Below, piece after piece: positions 37,030-46,577 of a stretch of 64,000 nucleotides of DNA. The stretch spans positions 1,276,309 to 1,340,308 of the forward strand of contig DASPLQ010000012.1 in NCBI GenBank assembly GCA_035627515.1, in the 5' to 3' direction. The translations under genes were made by a program, and so were the position numbers. Position 1 is the first letter of the stretch. The number at the start of each line of letters is the position of its first letter. The stretch is from Vitreimonas sp. Lineage in GTDB: Bacteria > Patescibacteriota > Microgenomatia > UBA1400 > PJMF01. The notes under the pieces are model-generated. The model worked only from the letters and a program-made list of their open reading frames with translations. It was not told the origin of the DNA and did no database searches.

Positions 37030-38481
37030 ATGTCACCTCACCAAGTCCTTAAACAGTACTTTGGCTATGACGAGTTCAGGCCTGGGCAGTTGGAGATTAT
37101 TGAAACCATCATTAGTGGTCAAGATACCTTAGCACTGATGCCGACTGGCGGCGGGAAATCGCTGTGTTTTCAGGTACCGGGGTTGGTATTAGGAGGCACC
37201 ACCATCGTGGTCTCACCATTGATTTCATTGATGAAGGATCAGGTAGATACGCTGAATCGCAAAGGTGCCCGAGCTACTTATCTAAATAGCTCTTTGTCTG
37301 CTCCCGAAAATCAGCAACGGTTGGCAACATTTATTAATCAAGGTTATGACTTTGTGTATGTCGCTCCCGAAAGATTACTTAATCAAAAATTTATTGCCGC
37401 TTCACAGCAGGTCAAGATCAACTTAATTGCCATTGATGAAGCCCATTGCATCAGTCAGTGGGGTCATGATTTTAGGCCCGAGTACTACCAAATTCATGAG
37501 TACGTAAAAAAGTTGGTTCGGCGACCAGTCCTGGCGGCCTTTACTGCCACTGCTACTAAAGCCGTACAGGATGACATTGTTCACTCTTTGCAATTATCTA
37601 TACCTCGCATTTTTAGCCAGAGTTTTAGGAGAACGAACTTAAAATTAACCGTGGTGAAATGTCAAAATATGTTAGCCAAAGAGTTGTATTTGTTGTTTTT
37701 GCTGACCAAGTTTAAAGGCCAAACCGGCGTAATTTATGCTTCCACGCGCAAAAGTACCTTAGCAGTCAGTACATTCATCAATCAATTTTTTCCGGGTTCG
37801 GCGGTGGCATATCATGGGGGTCTAGATAGCGAAACTCGAGCGAGTATCCAAGAAGCTTTCTTGAATAATGACTATCAACTGATTGTGGCTACCAACGCCT
37901 TTGGCATGGGCGTGGATAAAGGTGATGTTAGATTTGTGATTCACTATCAAGTTCCCGGCAACTTGGAAAATTATTACCAAGAAGCGGGGAGAGGCGGCAG
38001 AGATGGCGAACGTGCTGAGTGTTATCTATTAATACATCCCAGTGACGCAAACATTCATCAGCAGTTTATCGGCGCTCTGCCACACCATCCTAAACACCTT
38101 CAGCTCTTACATCACAAATTAAAATCAATGCTCATGTTCACCCAGCTTGACGTTTGTCGAACTCAATTTTTACTTACTTATTTTGGGGAAAACACTCAGC
38201 TTAGTAATTGTGGCGCTTGTGATATCTGTCTTGGAGAAACGCTGCGCATCACCGTTGATCAACAACAATACTGGCAATTGTTACTCGCCTTCCGCTTGCA
38301 CTATAGCAAGATGATGGAGATTACTCCTACCGAAGTGATGCCTGAAACGGTGATGTATTATCTGACGTTACTTCAACCCACCACTCAGCAAGCATATGCC
38401 AAGATCCCCGGCATTGGGCAAGGATGGCTGGAAAAATGGTACTCGCCGTTAACAGATTTTCTTAACAATCACCCGCTTTAA
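37030..38481 (+). CDS. recQ: RecQ family helicase
   Basis: MPTGGGKS, DEAHCISQWGHDFRP, ATNAFGMGVDK, QEAGRGGRDG, Zn motif CR..CGACDIC, HRDC-like tail. Confidence 0.93.
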   Translation: MSPHQVLKQYFGYDEFRPGQLEIIETIISGQDTLALMPTGGGKSLCFQVPGLVLGGTTIVVSPLISLMKDQVDTLNRKGARATYLNSSLSAPENQQRLATFINQGYDFVYVAPERLLNQKFIAASQQVKINLIAIDEAHCISQWGHDFRPEYYQIHEYVKKLVRRPVLAAFTATATKAVQDDIVHSLQLSIPRIFSQSFRRTNLKLTVVKCQNMLAKELYLLFLLTKFKGQTGVIYASTRKSTLAVSTFINQFFPGSAVAYHGGLDSETRASIQEAFLNNDYQLIVATNAFGMGVDKGDVRFVIHYQVPGNLENYYQEAGRGGRDGERAECYLLIHPSDANIHQQFIGALPHHPKHLQLLHHKLKSMLMFTQLDVCRTQFLLTYFGENTQLSNCGACDICLGETLRITVDQQQYWQLLLAFRLHYSKMMEITPTEVMPETVMYYLTLLQPTTQQAYAKIPGIGQGWLEKWYSPLTDFLNNHPL

Positions 38482-39277
38482 ACCATCCACTTTGCGTGGC
38501 TTCGACTTCACTGCAGAACCAACGTTCTCCTTTATTCTCATCTATTTTGACTAAATTATATTGAGGACATTGAGGCAAATGATACAGCTGTCCACGATCG
38601 GAAACATTGCCTTTGATGACACAACCATCGCTCAACTCGGCGGCATTGGAAGGCAGGGTTAAGCGTTCATCAGCTTGGTTAATTACGGTATTAATTTCTT
38701 CTAAATTGCGTGTCTCACAGCTGCCCCATAGTCCCATTGCGGCTTTTTGTGCGGTATCTTGAGCAGCTTTCAACTCGGGTTGGCGGCTGACATCTGGAGG
38801 ATAGCTACTGGCATAGGCATATCCCTGTTCTACTAAAGTTTTATTAATTAAAGTGCCCTCAAGCCACACATATCGCAATAATCGACCATACCGATCACTT
38901 TCACTGACGTCTTTTTCTAGTTGAATGACTTTACCAGCCACTAGTTCCTTATTTTTAGCACTGGCTTCTTTCCCGAAGCACTCTACACCTTTGGCTGGGT
39001 GACGAGTTTCCGGAGTATCAATGCCAATGTAACGGACTTTGCGCCCATCATTTAACTCGATGGTGTCACCATCAATGACCGTTTTTACCTGCACCGTTTC
39101 AAAACCTTGTTCGTCTTTTACACCCAGAACAGTTCGAGATGGAGAAAAGGTGGGGAGGACCAATGGCAGTGTGGAGCTTTCTTTCCAGGCAACAACAATG
39201 GTACCTAAGATCAAACCTACACCGATGCAAAAAACCATCCATGACTTGAGGCGACGTGAAAACAAAAAGCGAATCAT
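38462..39277 (-). CDS. thermonuclease (SNase) with C-terminal IKGN..YH..C domain
   Basis: VIDGDTI, VRYIGIDTPE, DRYGRLLRYV, GLWG; CVIKGN..YHLP..WFCSEVEA..GW. Confidence 0.9.
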   Translation of the reverse strand: MIRFLFSRRLKSWMVFCIGVGLILGTIVVAWKESSTLPLVLPTFSPSRTVLGVKDEQGFETVQVKTVIDGDTIELNDGRKVRYIGIDTPETRHPAKGVECFGKEASAKNKELVAGKVIQLEKDVSESDRYGRLLRYVWLEGTLINKTLVEQGYAYASSYPPDVSRQPELKAAQDTAQKAAMGLWGSCETRNLEEINTVINQADERLTLPSNAAELSDGCVIKGNVSDRGQLYHLPQCPQYNLVKIDENKGERWFCSEVEATQSGWFKAGDC

Positions 39278-39309
39278 CCTACCAAGGTAGCGAAGTTTGA
39301 CCGAAAATA

Positions 39310-41133
39310 CTAGCCCAGCTCACAATTTTGATATAGTTTGCCATCTTTAAAACCACGTTTGCGATAGTACTCACGGGTACCAATGGCAGAAATGACAGCT
39401 AATTCTGGGAAATAAGCTTGGTGTGCTAACTCTTTAGCTCGCTCAATTAATCGTGTGCCTAAGCCTAAATGTTGAGCCCGACCCTGCGCTTTATCACCGA
39501 CGTCTACCGCTTGGCCATAAACATGGACTTCACGGATGATCGCAGCTTGTTTTAATTCTTCCACAAACGAGGGCTGCTTGGGCAAACTCAGGCGCAAAAA
39601 AGCCGCAATCTGATGTGTCTCTTTTATCACATACTGCAGAAAGATTTCGGTACTGACGGCGGTGTCATACTTGATTTCATCCAGCTCTAAATCTTCAAAC
39701 ACAAACTGAGTATTCTTGATCTCACGAGCCCGGATATCCTGCGATCGTTCGCCGGCAGTAGCTAATTTCTGTTCAGCGATTTGGCGAAAATTGGTTAATT
39801 TATTACCGACTACAATGTCAGTGGAAGGAATATCTCGGATGACGCGAGTTAACCGACAATACTGCGGCGTTTGTTGCAAACAAAAGGTCAGGACATCTAA
39901 TAATTCTTCGTACGTATACGGTTGCCATTTGCCTGCTTGGTAGTACTGCATTAACTCAGCACTTTCAATCAATGAACAGGGATAAATTTTTAATTCATCG
40001 GGTTTAAAATCAGGGTCGCTAAAGAGAGTCAGATAATCTTGTTTATCAAGCTCTACTGAGGAACCGTAGAGATTAGCCATCCAGTGAGCATGAATTTTAA
40101 AGCCAGCTTGACGCAATAAATTGACAGCACGGCGAGTAGCAGCCACATCGTGACCACGCTTATTCTTTGTCAGGACCTCATCACTTAAACTTTGAAAACC
40201 AATCTGGGTTTTGGTGCACCCCAAACGACGCACCCGCAACACCTCAGCCTCAGAAATATTATCGGGGCGCGTCTCGATCACCAAACCCACCGAACGGCTA
40301 GCAGCGGTCTCATTAATTTTTTGTTCGCTCTCTAACTCTTCCCAGGTAGCTGATTGATACTTATCAAATCCGGCCAAACGCTCCGGAGCTACATACAACT
40401 CAGAGATAGCTTGGTTATAGGTTTTATGAAAGTGTTCACCTTGGATTTGTTGTGAGGCTAATTGTTGTTTATTCTGTGCTGGATTATTGGAAGGCGCATG
40501 ACGCTGCATATTTTGGAACGTACTCGACATTTGTTGATAGCGCTCTTCAATAGCGATTCGATCATCTTTAATCCCAAACTCATTCAAGGCTCGCAGACAC
40601 TCTTTGATAAACCAAATTTGGTAGCTTTCAGGATAATATGACCAGGTTCCACCTAAAACAATTAGCTCAACCTTATCTACCGAGTGACCAATATTTTGAA
40701 AAGCTTGGAGACGATTATAGGTTTGGAGGTAGGGATCGAAGTAGTTACGCTCGGCTCGCTGCGCGCCGGGTTCATCTGATAAATAGCTCTTAGGCATGCG
40801 GATATCGTTGGGACAAAAAATACACGTCCCTGGACAAGGGAAAGGCTTAGTCAGGACAGTGACTGGCGTCACACCAGACATAGTCCGAATTGGTTTCATA
40901 GTCAAGTAATGAAGGATTTTTTCTTGAGTGGGTTGCAAACCTTGAGTACCAGCCAGCTCTCGATAAGCTTTCAATAACTCATCTTTGGAAAAAACCGCTT
41001 TGTCAGGTTTGGGATATTTTTTGGTAATCTTCCGGACGCTGGCTTCAGTGAATTTATCCAGCTTTTCCAACTCGCTTAAAAGGGGAAGTAGCTGATCAAG
41101 ATGGAGCTGATACTCAAAGTGATAAGATGTCAT
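39310..41133 (-). CDS. elp3: Elp3 family tRNA U34 carboxymethyltransferase (radical SAM + KAT)
   Basis: KPIRTMSGV, CPGTCIFCP, KSY..DEPG, DKVELIVLGGTW, IETRPD, LKIYP, IREVHVYG, QHLGLG, ISAIGTREYYRKRG. Confidence 0.93.
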   Translation of the reverse strand: MTSYHFEYQLHLDQLLPLLSELEKLDKFTEASVRKITKKYPKPDKAVFSKDELLKAYRELAGTQGLQPTQEKILHYLTMKPIRTMSGVTPVTVLTKPFPCPGTCIFCPNDIRMPKSYLSDEPGAQRAERNYFDPYLQTYNRLQAFQNIGHSVDKVELIVLGGTWSYYPESYQIWFIKECLRALNEFGIKDDRIAIEERYQQMSSTFQNMQRHAPSNNPAQNKQQLASQQIQGEHFHKTYNQAISELYVAPERLAGFDKYQSATWEELESEQKINETAASRSVGLVIETRPDNISEAEVLRVRRLGCTKTQIGFQSLSDEVLTKNKRGHDVAATRRAVNLLRQAGFKIHAHWMANLYGSSVELDKQDYLTLFSDPDFKPDELKIYPCSLIESAELMQYYQAGKWQPYTYEELLDVLTFCLQQTPQYCRLTRVIRDIPSTDIVVGNKLTNFRQIAEQKLATAGERSQDIRAREIKNTQFVFEDLELDEIKYDTAVSTEIFLQYVIKETHQIAAFLRLSLPKQPSFVEELKQAAIIREVHVYGQAVDVGDKAQGRAQHLGLGTRLIERAKELAHQAYFPELAVISAIGTREYYRKRGFKDGKLYQNCELG

Positions 41134-41160
41134 GAAAGGTGTATTATAGCCTGGAACCAT

Positions 41161-41907
41161 ATGACCCAGCAAACTATCCGCACCTTGAACGCACTTAATC
41201 AACAGTTTTACCTCACCGTGGCCGATGATTTTGCTGATTCACGGCAGTACTTTTGGGAAGGCTGGGAGCAGACGTTACCACATTTGGGCAGTGAGCCCTT
41301 GCGTGTCATTGACCTGGGGTGTGGCACCGGTCGATTTGGTGTTTTTCTAGCTGAAAAAAAAGCCTCCTCGTTTCATTATGTAGGGATTGATAATAACCAG
41401 ACTCTGCTCGATAAAGCTCAGACTGCGTTACAAGCTTCATCTCTGTCGTATGAGTTACACTTTTTAGACCTGGTGGAAAATCTTCTTACCGGCACCCTTA
41501 ATTCAGTTTTAAATTCAGTCCAACCAACTACCATTGTGGCCTTTGGAGTCCTTCATCACATACCCAGCTTTGCACTCAGACAACAGTTTCTCCGTGAGTG
41601 TGCTCAGGCTTTACCAGCAGGGGGGGAACTTATCGTGGCAGCCTGGCAGTTTCTAGACAGCCCTCGCTTAACACAACGGATAGTAAAACCTGAAACACTC
41701 GGCATTGCCACCTCAGACCTAGAAGAGAATGATTACATTTTAGACTGGCAGCGGGGACCAAGGGCTTATCGCTACTGCCATCAAGTGACTCCTGATGAGA
41801 TGCAAGCATTACTGGCTGAGCTGCCGCTGCGTGTTGGTCACCACTTTCGCGCCGACGGCCAACCCACCCCGCTCAACCATTACTGGTTACTCGAGTCTGT
41901 AATCTAA
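41161..41907 (+). CDS. class I SAM methyltransferase, Trm9/ALKBH8-like
   Basis: FY..VADDFADSR.YFW, IDLGCGTGR, GVLHHIPS..LR, GG..IVAAW, DYILDW, RYCH. Confidence 0.8.
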   Translation: MTQQTIRTLNALNQQFYLTVADDFADSRQYFWEGWEQTLPHLGSEPLRVIDLGCGTGRFGVFLAEKKASSFHYVGIDNNQTLLDKAQTALQASSLSYELHFLDLVENLLTGTLNSVLNSVQPTTIVAFGVLHHIPSFALRQQFLRECAQALPAGGELIVAAWQFLDSPRLTQRIVKPETLGIATSDLEENDYILDWQRGPRAYRYCHQVTPDEMQALLAELPLRVGHHFRADGQPTPLNHYWLLESVI

Positions 41908-41949
41908 ATTATTCTCTTTGAAGGAAAAAGGAGTAGAATCACTACTGGC

Positions 41950-42408
41950 ATGAAAGTCTTTCTCTCGTTAGCTTTGATTGTTTTCTCAATAGTAGGCCTG
42001 GCTGATTCGAGTTATATCACCTACGAAGAACTCAGTGGCCATATTCCGGTCTGTGGGGCAGGGTTTGACTGTGGGCAGGTATTAAATAGCCCATGGGCGT
42101 GGATTGGGCCAATGCCATTGTCAGCGCTGGGCATGGTTTATTACGCCACGGTATTATGTTTAGCGATCGCTTATTTTTTGGAATGGGATTGGGGACAGCT
42201 GGTTGCCAACCGCACCGGGTGGCTTATTCCTAGTGAACGGTGGCTACTGCTATTAACCAGCACTGGTTTTTTGTTCTCACTCTTTTTGATCGGGTTAATG
42301 GCCTGGGTAATTGAAGCCTGGTGCCTCTTTTGTTTATTCTCAGCTGCTTCATCGACAGCGTTATTTATCGTTAGTATTGGTTTACAACGTTATGCAACCC
42401 GCTCTTAG
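41950..42408 (+). CDS. vitamin K epoxide reductase (VKOR) family protein
   Basis: CGAGFDCGQVLNSPWA, PLSALG, WCLFC. Confidence 0.92.
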   Translation: MKVFLSLALIVFSIVGLADSSYITYEELSGHIPVCGAGFDCGQVLNSPWAWIGPMPLSALGMVYYATVLCLAIAYFLEWDWGQLVANRTGWLIPSERWLLLLTSTGFLFSLFLIGLMAWVIEAWCLFCLFSAASSTALFIVSIGLQRYATRS

Positions 42409-43480
42409 CTCCACTACTGCCTTTTTATATCAGCGTTTATTTAAGCCGGTGGTATTTTTAATGGATCCTGAGTTTATTCACAATCAACATGCGCTTTTTG
42501 GAGTTCAGTTAGGTAAGGTGGGACCAGCTAAAAACATGCTGTCGTGGTTATGGTCGTATCAAAACCCTAAACTTCAGCGAACTTTAGATGGGATTATGTT
42601 TCCTAATCCGGTAGGGTTGGCAGCTGGCTTTGATTACAATGGCGATTTAACAGGCATTTTACCGGCAGTCGGTTTTGGCTTTCACAGCATTGGCACAGTC
42701 ACCTTAAACGCCTATGAGGGCAATCCTGCACCTCGACTCGGTCGCTTTCCAGGCTCGAAAGCACTGCTCGTAAATAAAGGTCTCAAAAACCTAGGCGCCG
42801 AAAAAATTATTGATAAGCTCTCTCATCTCCCTCAACCCGCATTTAGTATTCCTACGGGAATTAGTATTGCCAGCACCAACCGAGCGTATAAGAATGATAC
42901 GGAACAAATTAAAGAAATTATCAAATGTTTTCAGTTGTTTGAAGCTTCGTCACTTTCTCATGCTTACTACGAGCTCAACATCAGTTGTCCTAATACTTTT
43001 GGCGGCGAACCTTTCACCACGTGTCCACGACTAGAGGAACTTTTGCAAGCCATGGATAAATTAAACTTACGCAAGCCGCTGTATGTAAAAATGCCGATTG
43101 ATCAGGAGGAAGAAGAATCATTTCAATTATTAAAAGTGATTGCTAAACATAATACTCAGGGTTTAATCTTGGGAAACCTAACGAAAGATAAAAATAATCC
43201 TGCCCTTACCAAAGCAGATCTTAAAAAATGGCGACAGTCAGCTGGAAATGTCAGTGGCAAACCTACCTGGAATCGATCCAACCGTTTAATTAAGTTAGCC
43301 CGAAGCAAATATAAAAATCGTTTTACTTTAATTGGCACCGGGGGAGTGTTCAGTGGCAAAGACGCTCAGCATAAACTCAATCTAGGTGCTGATTTAGTAC
43401 AATTGATTACGGGAATGATTTTCCAAGGCCCTCAACTCATTGGGCAGATTAACCAGTATTTAGCAAAAAATGTGCGCTAA
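42392..43480 (+). CDS. pyrD: quinone-type dihydroorotate dehydrogenase-like flavoprotein
   Basis: DPE.IH, FPNPVGLAAGFD, GTVT, NISCPN, VKM, GNVSGKP, IGTGGV, GADLVQL. Confidence 0.85.
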   Translation: MQPALSSTTAFLYQRLFKPVVFLMDPEFIHNQHALFGVQLGKVGPAKNMLSWLWSYQNPKLQRTLDGIMFPNPVGLAAGFDYNGDLTGILPAVGFGFHSIGTVTLNAYEGNPAPRLGRFPGSKALLVNKGLKNLGAEKIIDKLSHLPQPAFSIPTGISIASTNRAYKNDTEQIKEIIKCFQLFEASSLSHAYYELNISCPNTFGGEPFTTCPRLEELLQAMDKLNLRKPLYVKMPIDQEEEESFQLLKVIAKHNTQGLILGNLTKDKNNPALTKADLKKWRQSAGNVSGKPTWNRSNRLIKLARSKYKNRFTLIGTGGVFSGKDAQHKLNLGADLVQLITGMIFQGPQLIGQINQYLAKNVR

Positions 43481-43486
43481 CTCAGC

Positions 43487-44014
43487 CTAGACAATCTGAT
43501 CGATGGTGGCCCCAATCACATACGCTACCAAAGCTGCCAACGCGCCAATTCCTAATACTTCAAGACCATTTTTCCACCAGGTGCCCTTAGTAAAAATGGT
43601 TCGTAACGAACCGACCAAAAATAGTGCAAAAGCTGTGGCTACGATTGAAGCAAATAATTGATGACGCGTAGCTAAATCCCACCCAAACCACTGCAGCACA
43701 TAAGGAACCAAGGGTAATGAGCCGGCAATCACAAAGGAAATAAAAGTAATCAATCCTGTTAACCACACAGCCCGTGCCAACGGCAAGCCCGTTGTTTGAG
43801 CTGTTAGCCGAGCTTCTGAGCGTTCACCTAAGTAATCACCAATTCCCATACTAAAACCATCAGCGATTAAGTTGGCTACGCCTAGAATTAGTACAATTCG
43901 CGGTTCCAAGCCTGCTCCAGCCACACCAGCCACCACCGCGAAAGTGGTGATAATGCCATCATTAGCGCCATAAACTGCAGCCTTCAATAAACCAGGCGTG
44001 TGAGAATTATTCAT
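43487..44014 (-). CDS. VIT1/CCC1 family transporter
   Basis: [41 protein letters not shown]. Confidence 0.92.
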   Translation of the reverse strand: MNNSHTPGLLKAAVYGANDGIITTFAVVAGVAGAGLEPRIVLILGVANLIADGFSMGIGDYLGERSEARLTAQTTGLPLARAVWLTGLITFISFVIAGSLPLVPYVLQWFGWDLATRHQLFASIVATAFALFLVGSLRTIFTKGTWWKNGLEVLGIGALAALVAYVIGATIDQIV

Positions 44015-44019
44015 AAGCT

Positions 44020-45255
44020 TTACCTTTCACCGAGTATAACCCGAGCCGCTAGAGTTGAGCTAGCCTCAGGTAAAAACATAGCCTTAAATCGCTTGGCAGC
44101 TTCTACATACTGTTCACGAGAATGTAGTACTTTTTCTACCGTAGTGATAACCTGTTCCACATCAATTTGCTCACCTAAGTTCTGGAACCCCGCCCAATCA
44201 CCAGTAATAAGTGTCCTGAAAAGTGACCATTTAAAACTCAAACATGATTTCACCATACCCAATTCTTGAAAACGGAATGAATGTAAAACTTGATCAGGAT
44301 TAAAGGGAATGGCGATGGCAGGGGTGAGGTTTTCAATCGCTTGCATCATCGTGCCATAACCACCGTGACAAACGACTGCATCCATCCGGCGAGCGACTTC
44401 GTCGCCGGGCAAGTAGGGAAATACAAATAAGTTGGGTAGGTGTTCAAAGTCAGTAGGTTGAGCAATATTACTGGAACTAACTACGACCTGATAGCCCTTT
44501 TTAGCCAGGGTATTACTCAATAAAATTAATTTTCGAGGATCAAAACCAGTGCCCCCAAAAGAAATGTAAATTGTCTGGCCAGTACGACGAAGATCTTTGA
44601 GTTCTGGTGGCAGGGGAGTATTAAAGCCTTGCCAACTCAATGAACCAACATAATTTAGAGCCAAATCTTTACGCTCAGCCGGCAAATAGCTGGGAATTTC
44701 TGGAATGATGTAGGTTACCTTCAAAAACAACTCATTTAAATTTACTGCCAGCTGTAACTCATCAGCCGCCGCTTGAATCGAGTTTAAGTACGGTTGCTTT
44801 AATTTCCAAATGATTTTTTTGAGCATAGAGGTAGTTAGAACATGAAGAGGCTGGGGCAAACCAGGATTGGGAAGGTAACAACCTTCAGGTAATCCACCGC
44901 TACCAGTAATCACAAAAAGTCGTTTTTTTAGAGCCGCAGCAGCTATTAATGCGGACAATCTAAAGTCCACCACCACAACATCTGGCTGCACTTTTTCAAT
45001 GAGCGCCATCTCGGCTTGAATCATTCTTTTTAACAGCGGAACATCTAAGAATGCTTCCACCACTTGAGCATCATTTTTTTCGGTATAAGCAGGAATATCT
45101 ACTAACTCGACGGGGGAGTTGCTGATAAGACGGTGTTTAAAAGCAGGCACAGCCATGATCGCTTCATGACCTTGAAAATTAATCGCTTCAGCTACAGCCA
45201 ACGACCGAGTCACATGGGCCAAACCAACTTCGGTGGGAAAGAAAAGGACTTTCAT
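44020..45255 (-). CDS. GT-B glycosyltransferase (GT1/MGT-like)
   Basis: [37 protein letters not shown]. Confidence 0.88.
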   Translation of the reverse strand: MKVLFFPTEVGLAHVTRSLAVAEAINFQGHEAIMAVPAFKHRLISNSPVELVDIPAYTEKNDAQVVEAFLDVPLLKRMIQAEMALIEKVQPDVVVVDFRLSALIAAAALKKRLFVITGSGGLPEGCYLPNPGLPQPLHVLTTSMLKKIIWKLKQPYLNSIQAAADELQLAVNLNELFLKVTYIIPEIPSYLPAERKDLALNYVGSLSWQGFNTPLPPELKDLRRTGQTIYISFGGTGFDPRKLILLSNTLAKKGYQVVVSSSNIAQPTDFEHLPNLFVFPYLPGDEVARRMDAVVCHGGYGTMMQAIENLTPAIAIPFNPDQVLHSFRFQELGMVKSCLSFKWSLFRTLITGDWAGFQNLGEQIDVEQVITTVEKVLHSREQYVEAAKRFKAMFLPEASSTLAARVILGER

Positions 45256-45265
45256 AAAGTGTGAA

Positions 45266-45315
45266 CGTCATTTAAAGATGACACTTTTGCGAAGAAATGT
45301 AAACTTTAAATGACG
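45266..45315. repeat. long intergenic hairpin (12-bp perfect outer stem)
   Basis: CGTCATTTAAAG (45266-45277) and CTTTAAATGACG (45304-45315), with inner imperfect stem and GCGA loop. Confidence 0.75.
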
Positions 45316-45328
45316 AACCTTTACAGTA

Positions 45329-45595
45329 TTAGCGCTTCACCCACCACCTTTTAACTACCGGCCAACTCAATGTCGACAAAGTAAACCCAACTGAGGGAAT
45401 GACAGCATTGAGCAAGAAATCAGTGACACCAATTGCCCACATATAGGAGCCCAAAATTAAATAAGTAGAAACTAAAATTAACAAAAAGCGGGTCCAACTG
45501 CCCTCCCAAGCTTTATCGAGCTCAACCCGTCGATTGCGAACCTCAATACTGGCTATTCGTTTTTCTAGTCTTTGGAGTTGTTCAGATGTGTTCAT
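45329..45595 (-). CDS. small conserved membrane protein
   Basis: RNRRVELDKAWEGSWTR plus 2 TM; TATAAT 6 nt before ATG 45595. Confidence 0.75.
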   Translation of the reverse strand: MNTSEQLQRLEKRIASIEVRNRRVELDKAWEGSWTRFLLILVSTYLILGSYMWAIGVTDFLLNAVIPSVGFTLSTLSWPVVKRWWVKR

Positions 45596-45623
45596 CACTC
45601 AATTATACGGTATACTATTCACC

Positions 45624-46577
45624 ATGCGTTCTGTGATTGAAGTCGAAAATTTAGTCAAAAAATACAAAACCTCTGACAAAGCGGCTGTTAACGATGTGTC
45701 GTTTAACGTGCAGGAAGGTGAGTTCTTTACCTTTTTGGGACCTAACGGAGCTGGTAAAACTACCACTATCTCAATTTTGAACACTACCTTAGCTAAAAGC
45801 AGTGGGCGTGTGATGATCGCGGGCCATGATATAGATAAACATCCCCTCAAAGTTCGCCAGAACATTGGCGTCATTTTCCAAACACCTAGTTTGGATAGCA
45901 ACCTCACTGCCGAAGAAAATATTCGTTTTCATGCGACTTTATATGGGGTGTTTCCCTTTTCACCATTATATTCATTAATGCCACAGTCATATAAAAAAAA
46001 GGTCGATGAATTAGCCTCCATTCTCGGCATTCAAGATACGTTACACCAACCCATCAAAACTTTTTCCGGCGGCATGAAACGAAAACTAGAGATCATCAGA
46101 GGCTTAATTCATAGTCCTAAAGTTTTATTCTTAGATGAGCCTACCACCGGACTTGATCCCGAAAGTCGTAAAAACTTGTGGGAGTACTTAAAAACGGTTC
46201 GCAAAAACACCCAAACGACCATCTTTTTAACAACTCATTATTTAGAAGAAGCAGAAAATTCGGATCGCGTTTGTATTATTACTAATGGCCAAATTGCTTC
46301 ACTCTCTACACCCGAAAAACTCAAACGCAGTTTAGTGACTGAAAAACTGATTGTCGATGCCGACGATCGTCCAGCTCTCTTGGCCCAACTCAAAAAATTA
46401 AAACTGGCACCAGTAGGCGATGGACCATTTACCCTCAATTTACGTAATGAAAGCGTGCAAGAAATTATTGCTCAACTGAGCAAAGCCAAAATTAAATTAA
46501 GTGTTTTACGGACTCAAACGCCAACTTTAGAAGAAGCTTATTTAGCCGTGGTGGAAAAAAATCATGCCCATTCTTAA
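45624..46577 (+). CDS. ABC transporter ATP-binding protein (DrrA-like)
   Basis: GPNGAGKTT, FSGGMKRKLE, FLDEPTTGLDP, TTHYLEEAE. Confidence 0.93.
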   Translation: MRSVIEVENLVKKYKTSDKAAVNDVSFNVQEGEFFTFLGPNGAGKTTTISILNTTLAKSSGRVMIAGHDIDKHPLKVRQNIGVIFQTPSLDSNLTAEENIRFHATLYGVFPFSPLYSLMPQSYKKKVDELASILGIQDTLHQPIKTFSGGMKRKLEIIRGLIHSPKVLFLDEPTTGLDPESRKNLWEYLKTVRKNTQTTIFLTTHYLEEAENSDRVCIITNGQIASLSTPEKLKRSLVTEKLIVDADDRPALLAQLKKLKLAPVGDGPFTLNLRNESVQEIIAQLSKAKIKLSVLRTQTPTLEEAYLAVVEKNHAHS

